The notes below the pieces were generated by a model, which ran no database searches, was not told the origin of the DNA, and saw only the letters and a program-made list of their open reading frames with translations. From positions 1 through 40,298 of the forward strand of contig VMGQ01000004.1 of assembly GCA_007376635.1 (NCBI GenBank): a stretch of 40,298 bases of DNA, given 5' to 3'. Made by a program: the position numbers and the translations under genes. This document shows, piece after piece, positions 1 through 8,740 of the stretch (positions are counted from its first letter, which is position 1; each line of letters starts with the position of its first letter). This stretch comes from Candidatus Peregrinibacteria bacterium Greene1014_49. Lineage in GTDB: Bacteria; Patescibacteriota; Gracilibacteria; Peribacterales; Peribacteraceae.

Positions 1-798
1 GAGACCAACGTCGGACTTCTGGTTGAAGACATTCCGGGCACGGATGCCTACCGCGTATCGGGGAGGGGAGAGCTCCACCTCTCGGTGCTTCTCGAACAGA
101 TGCGTCGCGAAGGGTTTGAATTGCAGGTTTCACGCCCGGAAGTGATCGTGCGTAATGGAGTGAAAGGAAAAGAAGAACCTGTAGAACAGGTCATCATTGA
201 TATTCCCGAGAGTGCCATCGGTACCGTGATCGACATGCTGACGCGCCGCAAAGGGGAAATGGTCGATATGAAGACCGAAAACGGTCACACGCGCATAGAA
301 TTTACGGCGCCCACGCGAGGACTTCTGGGGTTGCGTGGAGATTTCATCATCGAGACCAAGGGGGAGGGAATCCTCTCGCACTCGTTTCTGTGCTACGAGC
401 CGTGGAAAGGTGATCTTCCGGGTCGTACCAGAGGCTCCATCCTTTCGATGCTCCACGGAGTCGCAACGGGGTACGATCTCTGGAAATTGGAGGAGCGCGG
501 CAAGCTCTTCATCGGTCCGGGGACGCTCATGTACGAAGGGATGATCATTGGCGAAAGTGCAAAAGACCAAGATATGGAAGTGAACGTCACCAAAGGCAAA
601 AAGCTCACGAACATGCGTGCCTCCGGAACCGACGAAGCAACGAAACTCACGCCGATTCAGCCGATGACGCTTGAGCAAGCACTCGAATACATTTCCGATG
701 ACGAGCTTGTGGAAATCACACCGATCAATATTCGGCTCCGGAAAAAAATGCTCACGGATAATGAAAGAAGGAGATCGCGGAATGCGGCGAATTCGTAA
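1..798 (+). CDS. typA: Translational GTPase TypA/BipA, C-terminal part (5' end lies outside the window)
   Basis: Frame 1 is open from base 1. The translation ...RGELHLSVLLEQMRREGFELQVSRPEVI...LEQALEYISDDELVEITPINIRLRKK matches conserved BipA domains III-V and the C-terminal domain. Confidence 0.9.
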   Translation, partial: ETNVGLLVEDIPGTDAYRVSGRGELHLSVLLEQMRREGFELQVSRPEVIVRNGVKGKEEPVEQVIIDIPESAIGTVIDMLTRRKGEMVDMKTENGHTRIEFTAPTRGLLGLRGDFIIETKGEGILSHSFLCYEPWKGDLPGRTRGSILSMLHGVATGYDLWKLEERGKLFIGPGTLMYEGMIIGESAKDQDMEVNVTKGKKLTNMRASGTDEATKLTPIQPMTLEQALEYISDDELVEITPINIRLRKKMLTDNERRRSRNAANS

Positions 799-826
799 GA
801 GGAATCCTTGCAAAAATATCATTTGA

Positions 827-926
827 GTGTGAAAGTACTCTGCTGATCTTTCAAGATCAGGTGTTCTTTCACACAGCATGACATTGGCATGGTGCGCATT
901 TTTTGTGCGCAGCCTGCCAATGTCAT
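827..926 (+). other. Two adjacent long hairpins in the typA-downstream spacer
   Basis: Hairpin 1 (827-874): gtgtgaaag pairs with ctttcacac, enclosing ctgatct-ttca-agatcag. Hairpin 2 (878-926): the 12-bp perfect stem atgacattggca/tgccaatgtcat encloses gcgca-ttttttg-tgcgc. Confidence 0.6.
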
Positions 927-1008
927 AGCGCAAGGTATGTCTACCTGCCCAGAACCTGTGTACGGTTTTGCTCACGATGTTGGTTCTCTATCGCAAGGAG
1001 TTCGTTCG

Positions 1009-2262
1009 ATGATTCGTTTTTGGAAGAATCTTCCGTTCGTAGACGGCAATGTCCGTCATGAGTTGGATGCCTCTTTGGAGGCCGGAGGTGGAGTTCTCCA
1101 ATTGCTGCAAGCGTGGGTGCACCGGGAGTTTTGTAATCCCGGGCACAACTTACGTTTGCATCACGAGGATTACTACATCCATGGTCCGAGAAGGGGAACC
1201 GATGAGCGATGGTTTGCAAGCTGCATGGCAGCGCAAAACACGCACAAGATCGACCATGAGGGTTTGAGTTTCGTGCTGAGCCCCAATGGGCGGCGATTCC
1301 TCTTGTCCGATGCAGTGCAGGAGCAAGGAGAGTTGCTTGTCGGCAAGGCTATGTGGGACGCGTTTAAGAAGTGGTACGTCTACTCGAAATTCTTCGACAA
1401 CGAAGGCGCGCTCCCTTGGCACGCTCACATGCGCGATGCGGATGCGGCAAAAGTGGGACAGCTCGGCAAGCCCGAGTCGTACTACTTTTCACCGCACTAC
1501 AATCAGCAGCGTGCTCGAGAGCCCATCACGTTCATGGGCTTACGGCCTGGGACAACAAAGGAGCAGGTGCGTCGGAGTTTGGAACTCTGGGGTCAAGGTG
1601 GGGATGACATCCGTCATCTCTCACAAGGATATCTCATGCAGCCGGGCACAGGGTGGCTCATGCCTCCGGCGATCGGTCATGCGCCGGCCGGTTGGTGTAC
1701 TTTTGAGCCACAGTGCCCCTCTGACACGTTCCAGATGTATCAGGCACGAACCTCGGATGGTTGGCTCGATCGGGACAGTCTGCTCTTCAAGGACATTCCC
1801 GACAACAGGAGAGGGGATTTTGACCACATGGTGGATCTTCTCGATTGGGAGGGCAACCTTGATCCGGACTTCGCGAGGAAGTTCTACCTCCCTCCGGTCG
1901 TCGATACGAAGCGGAGTGGTCACGGCATCACCCGCAAATGGGTGGTCTACGGTACGATTGGAGGGAAAGAGCATTTCTCTGCCTCCGAAACGACTGTTGA
2001 ACCTGGTTGCCAGTTTGTTATCCAGGAGCCTGGGGCCAGCGGCGTTGTCTTTGTCACGGGGCGAGGCACGATTGCCAAGCACCGTGTCCACGTTTCGACG
2101 TTGATGCGATTCTACGAGGTCGTGAATGACGAGTTCTTCATCTCTGCCAAAGCGGCCGCTGAAGGAGTGCGCGTCGTGAACGATGGTGAATCGGATCTGG
2201 TGTTCCTGCAGTACAGCGGACCCAATACGTGGGGCAGCGAAATGCCCCGAGCGGGTTCGTGA
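1009..2262 (+). CDS. Hypothetical protein, possibly a cupin or sugar-isomerase-like fold
   Basis: Long ORF. The ATG at 1009 follows AAGGAG by 8 nt. The earlier ATG at 889 sits inside hairpin 2. Weak resemblance to class I phosphomannose-isomerase/cupin proteins (PWHAH motif), judged by eye only. Confidence 0.55.
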   Translation: MIRFWKNLPFVDGNVRHELDASLEAGGGVLQLLQAWVHREFCNPGHNLRLHHEDYYIHGPRRGTDERWFASCMAAQNTHKIDHEGLSFVLSPNGRRFLLSDAVQEQGELLVGKAMWDAFKKWYVYSKFFDNEGALPWHAHMRDADAAKVGQLGKPESYYFSPHYNQQRAREPITFMGLRPGTTKEQVRRSLELWGQGGDDIRHLSQGYLMQPGTGWLMPPAIGHAPAGWCTFEPQCPSDTFQMYQARTSDGWLDRDSLLFKDIPDNRRGDFDHMVDLLDWEGNLDPDFARKFYLPPVVDTKRSGHGITRKWVVYGTIGGKEHFSASETTVEPGCQFVIQEPGASGVVFVTGRGTIAKHRVHVSTLMRFYEVVNDEFFISAKAAAEGVRVVNDGESDLVFLQYSGPNTWGSEMPRAGS

Positions 2263-2293
2263 GAACAAGGAAGACATTGCGTTTGTGTGAAAG

Positions 2294-2325
2294 ATGGTCG
2301 GGGCGAAAGTCCCGGCCATTTTTTA
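2294..2325 (+). terminator. Rho-independent terminator
   Basis: Stem atggtcgggg/tcccggccat with loop cgaaag, followed by tttttt, 32 nt after the stop at 2262. Confidence 0.75.
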
Positions 2326-2331
2326 TTGTTT

Positions 2332-2706
2332 TCAACCCTCCTCCGGCACAGGCATACCGACGAATTTGCGGATGACAATGGTATCCAAAATTGTGGCCGT
2401 GAGATCTTCATCTAATGCATTGATGCGTCGAGTAAGGTTTTCTTCGAGATCATCGATCCGAATCGTGAGTCTCATTTCCAATCCATCTATCGGTGAAAAA
2501 AGCCTCTTTTCCAATGTATCAAATCGTTTGTCATGCTGATCCAATCGTGCAGTCAGCCGCTGCTCCATATGTGACATGTGATTGATCACATCACGAAGCG
2601 TTTTATCTTGTGTATCCAGACGGCTGCATAGCCGCTGCTCCATCTGATGCATCGCATCACGAAGAGTGTTTCTTTTCGGCCGCTTTTGGAGTGCTGCTGC
2701 AACCAC
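2332..2706 (-). CDS. Small coiled-coil protein with an internal duplication (MEQRL..RLD repeated)
   Basis: 124 aa ORF with heptad-like R/L/D/E periodicity. The DNA carries a duplicated agccgctgctccat...atcacgaag block. Confidence 0.5.
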   Translation of the reverse strand: MVAAALQKRPKRNTLRDAMHQMEQRLCSRLDTQDKTLRDVINHMSHMEQRLTARLDQHDKRFDTLEKRLFSPIDGLEMRLTIRIDDLEENLTRRINALDEDLTATILDTIVIRKFVGMPVPEEG

Positions 2707-2766
2707 GGAACGACTCTAGAAAGACCGCAAAAATTCAGCAAGTGTACATTCGTACACCCGAGACTC

Positions 2767-3012
2767 TCATTTTCCCTTTAATAGTGCATTTTTGTCATTT
2801 CTCTTCATTTTTTTGACAGCAATTTCTCTGCGTCTTGCCTCGCCAAGTGTCGAAAATTCCTCGTGGTAAATGATGGTGATGGGCAATCTGCTGCGCGTGT
2901 ATTTCGCGCCTGTTCCTGCATTATGTTTTTCTTCTCTTTCCTTCAAATCCATGCACGTTCCTGCGTAGAGCGATCCATCGTTACAACACGCGAGATAGAA
3001 GTAATGGGGCAT
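2767..3012 (-). CDS. GIY-YIG nuclease family protein (stand-alone, UPF0213/YhbQ-like)
   Basis: YFYLACCNDGSLYAGTCMDLKEREEKHN...YTRSRLPITIIYHEEFSTLGEARRREIAVKK matches the GIY-X10-YIG, R and E core. A start at the second ATG (3012) avoids overlap with the SDR gene. Confidence 0.8.
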   Translation of the reverse strand: MPHYFYLACCNDGSLYAGTCMDLKEREEKHNAGTGAKYTRSRLPITIIYHEEFSTLGEARRREIAVKKMKRNDKNALLKGK

Positions 3013-3019
3013 GCAACAA

Positions 3020-3793
3020 TTATCGCGGAGCTTGGACTTGTCTTGCAATGCACGCTGCCCACATCCGTGGAACGAAGCGCGTCATGAAGGCGCCAAAGGC
3101 ATTCAGTCTTCCCGCAACCACAAGTGGTCGTCCGGTCTTGAGTGCGTGGTATCCGATGCGTGCAACAGTTGCTGCATCCATCACGCGTTTTTGAAAAAGT
3201 CGGGATGTTCCCATGTGCGCATTCTTTTCAAATCCCGTTTTTGTGGGACCGGGGCAGAGGCACGTCACCGAGATTCCGGTTCCTTTAAGCTCTTCGGAAA
3301 GTGCGAGGGAAAAATTCATGACGTAGGCTTTGCTTGCGTAGTACACGGCCATCAGCGGACCGGGTTGGAATGCAGCGGTCGATGCGATATTGAGAATTGC
3401 TCCCGATTTGCGCTGTACCATCTGCGGCAGAAGCAGTTTTGTGAGATCCGTCAGTGCTGTGATATTCACTTGGAGTAGTTGTTTCTCGTGCTCGTAGGAT
3501 GTCTCGTGAAATAGTCCGTACGCACCGAAGCCGGCATTGTTCACGAGTGTGTGTACTTGGATATTTCTTTTTTGCAATTCTTTGAAGAGCATTGTGGCGG
3601 CATTGGGCACAGAGAGATCGATGGCAATGATATGCGCAGCGACGTTGTATTTGGATTGCAACTCCTTCGCGACTGCCTGCAATCTCTCCTGATTCCGTGC
3701 GACGAGCACAAGATCATAGCTGTCTTGCGCAAAGAGCTTCGCGAATTCTTCGCCGAGGCCGCCGGAGGCGCCGGTAATGAGGGCGGTTTTCAT
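3020..3793 (-). CDS. Short-chain dehydrogenase/reductase (SDR) family oxidoreductase
   Basis: N-terminal TGASGGLG Rossmann motif, NNAG, and the YxxxK catalytic motif (YYASKAY). Confidence 0.9.
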   Translation of the reverse strand: MKTALITGASGGLGEEFAKLFAQDSYDLVLVARNQERLQAVAKELQSKYNVAAHIIAIDLSVPNAATMLFKELQKRNIQVHTLVNNAGFGAYGLFHETSYEHEKQLLQVNITALTDLTKLLLPQMVQRKSGAILNIASTAAFQPGPLMAVYYASKAYVMNFSLALSEELKGTGISVTCLCPGPTKTGFEKNAHMGTSRLFQKRVMDAATVARIGYHALKTGRPLVVAGRLNAFGAFMTRFVPRMWAACIARQVQAPR

Positions 3794-3796
3794 ATT

Positions 3797-3872
3797 TGGT
3801 GGGTCGGGCGGGATTTGAACCCGCGGCCAATGCCTTAAAAGGGCACTGCTCTACCAACTGAGCTACCGACCC
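3797..3872 (-). tRNA. tRNA-Lys (anticodon UUU), CCA encoded
   Basis: Cloverleaf folded by hand. Acceptor gggtcgg/ccgaccc, anticodon loop cuUUUaa, T-loop ttcaaat. Confidence 0.9.
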
Positions 3873-3928
3873 GTGTCTGTATAGTACGAGTTTCGGTGCG
3901 CATCGTCGACTGCCTGTAGAATATTTTC

Positions 3929-4726
3929 ATGATCGATTCCCACTGCCACCTTGCCGACGCGAAATTTGATGCTGATCTCGATGCAGTTGTCGCGCGGGCT
4001 ACGCAAGCCGGGGTGGATCGTATGATATGCATCGGCGATTCACTAGAAGAATCGCAAATAGGAATAGAGATAGCTGAAAAGTATGAACAAATATTTTGTA
4101 CAATAGGGATACATCCACATCATGCTGATGCATGGGAAATGACCAATGACCAGGAGCCAATGACCAAGATGCTCTTCCATAAAAAAGCCGTTGCGGTTGG
4201 AGAGATTGGACTCGATTACCACTACATGCACAGTCCGAAAGAGGTGCAGCAAAAGGCATTCCGGGAGCAGTTACTTATCGCCAAGGAATTACAGAAGCCC
4301 GCAGTCGTTCATTGCCGCTCAGCCCCGCACCAGTCGCTGCGCTCCGGTGCAGGGCAAGCTGTCGCCGATATTCGGTCGATCATCAACGAAGTACAACCGC
4401 CGCGCGTTGTCATCCATTGCTGTACAGAGAAATGGGAAGACGTGGAAGCGCTTGTGAGAGCCGGGCATTTTCTTTCCTTTACCGGCATCGCCACATTTCC
4501 GGCATCGGAAGAAATCCGCCGTACGATTCGCATGTGTCCACTCGAGCAGATGATGATCGAGACCGATAGTCCATATCTTGCGCCCGTTCCGTATCGCGGT
4601 AAACGCAATGAGCCCGCGTACGTCGTCGAAGTAGCGAAGTGTGTCGCGAACGAGAAGGGGATTGCGCTTGCGGAAGTTGATCGGATCACAACGGAGAATA
4701 CGGTTCGATTTTTTGCTCTTTCATAA
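3929..4726 (+). CDS. TatD family metal-dependent hydrolase/DNase
   Basis: MIDSHCHL start, EIGLDYHY, VVHCR and ETDSPYLAP motifs. Confidence 0.9.
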   Translation: MIDSHCHLADAKFDADLDAVVARATQAGVDRMICIGDSLEESQIGIEIAEKYEQIFCTIGIHPHHADAWEMTNDQEPMTKMLFHKKAVAVGEIGLDYHYMHSPKEVQQKAFREQLLIAKELQKPAVVHCRSAPHQSLRSGAGQAVADIRSIINEVQPPRVVIHCCTEKWEDVEALVRAGHFLSFTGIATFPASEEIRRTIRMCPLEQMMIETDSPYLAPVPYRGKRNEPAYVVEVAKCVANEKGIALAEVDRITTENTVRFFALS

Positions 4727-5913
4727 TGCGCTGCGCCCGTACCATCGGCGCTTTGCGTGTTGTTCTTCTCACGGTGATCTTCGGATTTCTCACCCTTGAT
4801 CTCGCGCTCCGTTTCGTTGCTCCGTATTCATCCGTCATCCGTCTTGCGCTGTGGTCTCCCCAAGATCACCTTTCGTACGATCATCTCCAAGACGTTACTG
4901 ATCTGCAGGCATTTTTCCCTGTCATGCCGAAGCCTTTTGCCGATCATGCAGGATTCATCCTCGATGCCCATGGTTTTCGAACGCATCCGTACATAACGGA
5001 AAAATCCGGAGGAACACTGCGTCTTCTGACCATCGGTGACTCATTCACATTTTCTTCTGGAGGAGTGCCGTATGAAGACATGTGGAACACGCGCGTTGCA
5101 GAGTCATGGGAAAAGAACGCAGGGCGGCCGGTGGAGCTGATCAATCTTGGTATACCCGCAGCTGGCCCGCATCTCGAGCGGCGCGTCTTCACCATTGAGG
5201 GCAACAGACTATCGCCAGATCTCGTGATTCTCGGACTTTTTGTGGGCAATGATTTCAGTGATGAATCGTACATTCGGCCGCCTCTGGAGCGCCGGTGGAT
5301 TGTTACTCGTTTTTTGCACTCTCTTGCACGAATTCCTGCATTGCTTCAAGCGCGGGCACAGGCACGCGCTGCCGCTGCACAGCCGAAATCCGATGCTGAA
5401 CCCCTTTATCGTTATGATGAGAAAATCCCGCTTTTTTCGGAAAAGATTTTTCAGAATGTCGAACTCGATCGTTCGTTGTTCTTTCTCCCGTCATGGCATG
5501 ATAGGACGGAGAAGAATATTGCTTCGGTTGCAATGGTCTTGGAGCAGCTAGCGGAGGAAGTGCATGCAACTGGGGCAGAGTTTCTCGTCATCGTTATTCC
5601 TGATGAAGTACAGGTGAATGATGCATTGAAAAAAGATCTTTTGATGTACGGCACGTGGCGGGAATTCCCGCTGACGTCGCTGGATACAGAGGGAACACAG
5701 AAAAAGATTGTGGATGCATTCCGAGCCAAGGGCATCGAAACACTTGATCTTCTTCCTCCTTTGCGTACTGCCCTCAAGGAGGGAGATTCTCCGTATGCCC
5801 TTCGCAATACACACTGGAATGTCAGGGGAAACGCAATTGCCGCACAATCCATTATAGAATTTCTTGCAAAAAAATGGCCGGAACTCCTGCGCGCGGATCA
5901 AATGATGCGATGA
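4726..5913 (+). CDS. Membrane-anchored SGNH/GDSL-like hydrolase (AlgX/AlgJ-like)
   Basis: N-terminal TM helix, GDSF block (LLTIGDSFTF), GNDF block and a C-terminal NTHWNVRGN block. The ATG overlaps the tatD stop (ATAATG). Confidence 0.65.
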   Translation: MRCARTIGALRVVLLTVIFGFLTLDLALRFVAPYSSVIRLALWSPQDHLSYDHLQDVTDLQAFFPVMPKPFADHAGFILDAHGFRTHPYITEKSGGTLRLLTIGDSFTFSSGGVPYEDMWNTRVAESWEKNAGRPVELINLGIPAAGPHLERRVFTIEGNRLSPDLVILGLFVGNDFSDESYIRPPLERRWIVTRFLHSLARIPALLQARAQARAAAAQPKSDAEPLYRYDEKIPLFSEKIFQNVELDRSLFFLPSWHDRTEKNIASVAMVLEQLAEEVHATGAEFLVIVIPDEVQVNDALKKDLLMYGTWREFPLTSLDTEGTQKKIVDAFRAKGIETLDLLPPLRTALKEGDSPYALRNTHWNVRGNAIAAQSIIEFLAKKWPELLRADQMMR

Positions 5914-5972
5914 GATACATTGGGAACTTCTTTCTTCCCGATGTCGTAGTCCTGATTCATACTTCTTGCACT

Positions 5973-6049
5973 GCGCTTGTAGCTCAACTGGATAGAGCGT
6001 CGCCCTCCGAAGGCGAAGGTTGTGGGTTCAAGTCCCGCCAAGCGCACCA
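5973..6049 (+). tRNA. tRNA-Arg (anticodon CCG), CCA encoded
   Basis: Acceptor gcgcttg/caagcgc, anticodon loop cuCCGaa, T-loop ttcaagt. Confidence 0.9.
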
Positions 6050-6057
6050 TTACTATC

Positions 6058-7821
6058 ATGCTTCCTCTTGCTTTCCAGCCATCCACAATGCTGCATTTCC
6101 CCTCACGAAGGCACATTATTCTGCTCGGAGCAGTATTTCTGCTTCTTGTCCTCATTGCCTTTGGACCATCTCTCTTTGGCGAATTCATCTTCTGGGATGA
6201 CGATCTCCTGGTTTTTGAAAATCCCATTGTGCAGGCGATCACACCGTGGACGCTCGGGAAAATTTTCACAACGTACGATCCGGAGCTCTACATTCCGCTC
6301 ACATTCCTCAGTTATCAGATCAACTTCCTCATCGGCGGCATGTCGCCATTCGTCTATCACCTGACGAATATTTTCTTGCATGCGGGAAATGCTCTCCTCG
6401 TTACGGGGATCGCGTATCTGCTCCTGAAGGGCAATCGCATGGCAGCGCTTCTGACAGGCCTCTTCTTTGCGGTGCATTCGCTCCATACGGAGGCAGTCGC
6501 GTGGGTCTCTGCGCGTAAAGATATCCTGAGTGCGTTCTTCTTTCTCCTCGCGACATTCCTGTTTCTTCTTCATGAAGAACGACCCTCTCGGAAGCGGTAC
6601 ATCGGGATGCTTCTCGCATTTCTCTGTGCGCTGCTTTCCAAAGTGATCGCCGTCACGTTTCCGGTCATCATGTTGCTCATCGTATGGCATCGCTCTGGCA
6701 GGATCACGCGCCAAGACGTGATGCGCATGACTCCTTTCTTTGCACTCAGCATCGTCTTCGGCATCATTGCGCTCTATGGGAAACCAGGGCAGATCGGTAC
6801 CGTACATCTGCTCGAATTTTTCTTTATGGCTTGCCTGAGTACCGTGTTCTATCTTCAGAAAATTGTTGCACCGGTCTCGCTCTCTGTGATTTATCCATTC
6901 GATGGTGCCATTGCACTGAGCACGCCTTCGATTCTTGTTTCTTGTCTGATTCTTGCTGTACTTATCATTGTCTCCATTCTTCTCTATCGCCGAATGCAGT
7001 GGCCGCTCCTGAGTCTTTTCGCATTTGGGATTCTCCTCGCACCTACATTTATCAATTATCGCAAGGGGTTTGAGGCTCAGGATGTGTACTTCGCCTCGGA
7101 TCGGTATGCGTATCTTGCTTCGATTGTCGTATTGCTGGGGATTGCTGTATTGCTGGAGAAGGGGATACGACGCGTGCGTGGTAAAGCTATGGCAATCACT
7201 GTGGCAATCCTTCTTCTGTTCGTTGGTCTTTCCTTCTCCCAGTCTCGCGTATGGCAGAGCAGTACAGCCCTCTTCACGCACGCGTTGTCGCTGTATCCTA
7301 CCGCGCAGGCGGCCCACAATAATCTTGGGACGGTCTATTATCGGAAGGGAGATTTAGCGGAAGCAGAGGAGCACTACAAACAGGCGATCGCGATCCGGCC
7401 ACTCGCAAGCACGTGGAGTAATCTCGGGACACTCTACCGCAGACAGGGAAAGCTCCAGGAAGCTCTCACCTCTTTCCGTGAAGCAATACACATCAATCCC
7501 GGGGAATATGACGCGTACTTCGGCTTAGGAGTTCTCCTTGTACAAGCGGGAAAATTTCCCGAAGCGGAGGATGCATACCGCAAAGCGATGACGCTTGATC
7601 CCAGTGACCCGGGACAGCAGGGGAGGTACGAAGACGCAGTGACGCAATACCAGCGTGCGCTCCAGATCCATCCGTTTTATCCCAATGCTCATTACAATCT
7701 TGGCGTTGTCTACCGGAGAATGGGAAAGATCGAAGATGCGCGCCGGAGCTTTGAAAGCGCATTGCACTACCGGCCGGATATGGAGCAGGCAAGGGTGCAG
7801 TTACGGGAAATGGGGCAATAA
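6058..7821 (+). CDS. Polytopic GT-C type glycosyltransferase (PMT/TMTC-like) fused to C-terminal TPR repeats
   Basis: FIFWDDDLLVFENP loop after TM1 and about 10 TM helices. C-terminal TPR units carry AxxNLGxxYxxxGxxxEAxxxYxxAL patterns. The track ORF start at 6022 lies inside tRNA-Arg, so the first ATG after the tRNA (6058) is used. Confidence 0.75.
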   Translation: MLPLAFQPSTMLHFPSRRHIILLGAVFLLLVLIAFGPSLFGEFIFWDDDLLVFENPIVQAITPWTLGKIFTTYDPELYIPLTFLSYQINFLIGGMSPFVYHLTNIFLHAGNALLVTGIAYLLLKGNRMAALLTGLFFAVHSLHTEAVAWVSARKDILSAFFFLLATFLFLLHEERPSRKRYIGMLLAFLCALLSKVIAVTFPVIMLLIVWHRSGRITRQDVMRMTPFFALSIVFGIIALYGKPGQIGTVHLLEFFFMACLSTVFYLQKIVAPVSLSVIYPFDGAIALSTPSILVSCLILAVLIIVSILLYRRMQWPLLSLFAFGILLAPTFINYRKGFEAQDVYFASDRYAYLASIVVLLGIAVLLEKGIRRVRGKAMAITVAILLLFVGLSFSQSRVWQSSTALFTHALSLYPTAQAAHNNLGTVYYRKGDLAEAEEHYKQAIAIRPLASTWSNLGTLYRRQGKLQEALTSFREAIHINPGEYDAYFGLGVLLVQAGKFPEAEDAYRKAMTLDPSDPGQQGRYEDAVTQYQRALQIHPFYPNAHYNLGVVYRRMGKIEDARRSFESALHYRPDMEQARVQLREMGQ

Positions 7822-7823
7822 CG

Positions 7824-7897
7824 TGGAGCGGGATACGGGAATCGAACCCGCGTCTCAAGCTTGGGAAGCTCGCGTACTACCACTGTACTAATCCCGC
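7824..7897 (-). tRNA. tRNA-Gly (anticodon CCC), CCA encoded
   Basis: Acceptor gcgggat/atcccgc, anticodon loop uuCCCaa, T-loop ttcgatt. Confidence 0.9.
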
Positions 7898-7994
7898 AGA
7901 GGAAGGGGCTGCGCCACGTGGGCGCCGTTCAAAATTGCCACGTAAAGCGGCTGCGCCGCCACGTGGCACGTAAAGTCGCTGAGGCGCCTTTACG

Positions 7995-8070
7995 TGGAGC
8001 GGATGACGAGGCTCGAACTCGCGACCTGCGCCTTGGCAAGGCGCCGCTCTACCAACTGAGCTACATCCGC
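7995..8070 (-). tRNA. tRNA-Gly (anticodon GCC), CCA encoded
   Basis: Acceptor gcggatg/catccgc, anticodon loop uuGCCaa, T-loop ttcgagc. Confidence 0.9.
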
Positions 8071-8215
8071 ATGGTGCTGGGAAAGAATAGCACAGGCAGA
8101 CATTGATTCTGGCCTGCCCACCGTAGTTCGCCTCAGCGGACGAAGGCGGGAGCTTTGTCCGCATGCCGAGAAATCCTACGGAGCGTCAGTCGTTAATGCA
8201 AGAATCCAGTCTGAT

Positions 8216-8491
8216 TTACAAGATTCCATCACTTTCCTTGTAAATAGCGGATCGATGCCCAAATAACACAATCTCCACTGTTGTTCCCTTGATCCGGAAA
8301 ATTACACGATAGTCCCCAACCCGAAGACTGCGGCAACCTGACGGGGACTGTCGCAAAGGTTTTCCAAATATCTCTGGACGGACGGTCAGCTTTCCCTCGA
8401 CCGCTCGTTTGATACGATCTTTTTCTTTGCGAGGCAGCTTATGGAAGCGTTTCCAGTCAAGGTGTTCGCTGTAGCGGATCTCATATCTCAT
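8216..8491 (-). CDS. RelE/ParE-family type II toxin
   Basis: 91 aa with the C-terminal pattern LRVGDYRVIFRIKGTTVEIVLFGHRSAIY, typical of RelE/StbE. Overlaps the upstream antitoxin gene by 4 nt. Confidence 0.85.
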   Translation of the reverse strand: MRYEIRYSEHLDWKRFHKLPRKEKDRIKRAVEGKLTVRPEIFGKPLRQSPSGCRSLRVGDYRVIFRIKGTTVEIVLFGHRSAIYKESDGIL

Positions 8492-8718
8492 AAGACCTTT
8501 GACCAGAATTCTTCATGAGAAATAAACTTTCCGCCTTTTTTTAGACGCTCCTCGGCTACGTGTGCAAAGTAGGCATCTTCTTCAATTTCCAATGCCATTT
8601 GCAGAAGTTCTGCTGCTTTGGTTGCCTCAGGCACCTGATCTTTTATTGCCAGTTTCTTGAGATACACTCTCGCTTCCTTCGGGAGAGTAATATTGAGACG
8701 CTTTTTGAGGGTTGCCAT
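8488..8718 (-). CDS. Ribbon-helix-helix type antitoxin
   Basis: 76 aa with N-terminal KKRLNITLPKEARVYLKKLA (RHH beta-strand and helix). Overlaps the toxin start at ATGA. Confidence 0.8.
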   Translation of the reverse strand: MATLKKRLNITLPKEARVYLKKLAIKDQVPEATKAAELLQMALEIEEDAYFAHVAEERLKKGGKFISHEEFWSKVL

Positions 8719-8740
8719 AGGGAAAGAGTGGAATACTTCT

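Noticed and set aside
130-975. Long antisense ORFs opposite well-supported genes (130-975 -, 1621-2319 -, 6103-7317 -, 12075-12896 -, 16379-16858 -, 20983-21600 -, 22462-22929 -).
   Set aside because: Each lies entirely within a gene with clear family motifs on the other strand. Their translations are low-complexity or R/S/C-rich with no recognisable motifs. They are shadow ORFs typical of GC-balanced DNA.
6022-6057. ORF-track start of the TPR glycosyltransferase at 6022.
   Set aside because: It lies inside tRNA-Arg (5973-6049). The first ATG after the tRNA (6058) gives a normal N-terminus before TM1.
8100-8165. GC-rich stretch with small hairpins (gcggac...gtccgc; cgcct...aggcg) between relE and tRNA-Gly. 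It translates as ...SAEANYGGQA in a spurious ORF.
   Set aside because: The stems are only 5-6 bp, there is one copy in the window and no U-tract. That is not enough to call a terminator or a repeat family, though it may be a degenerate extragenic palindrome.
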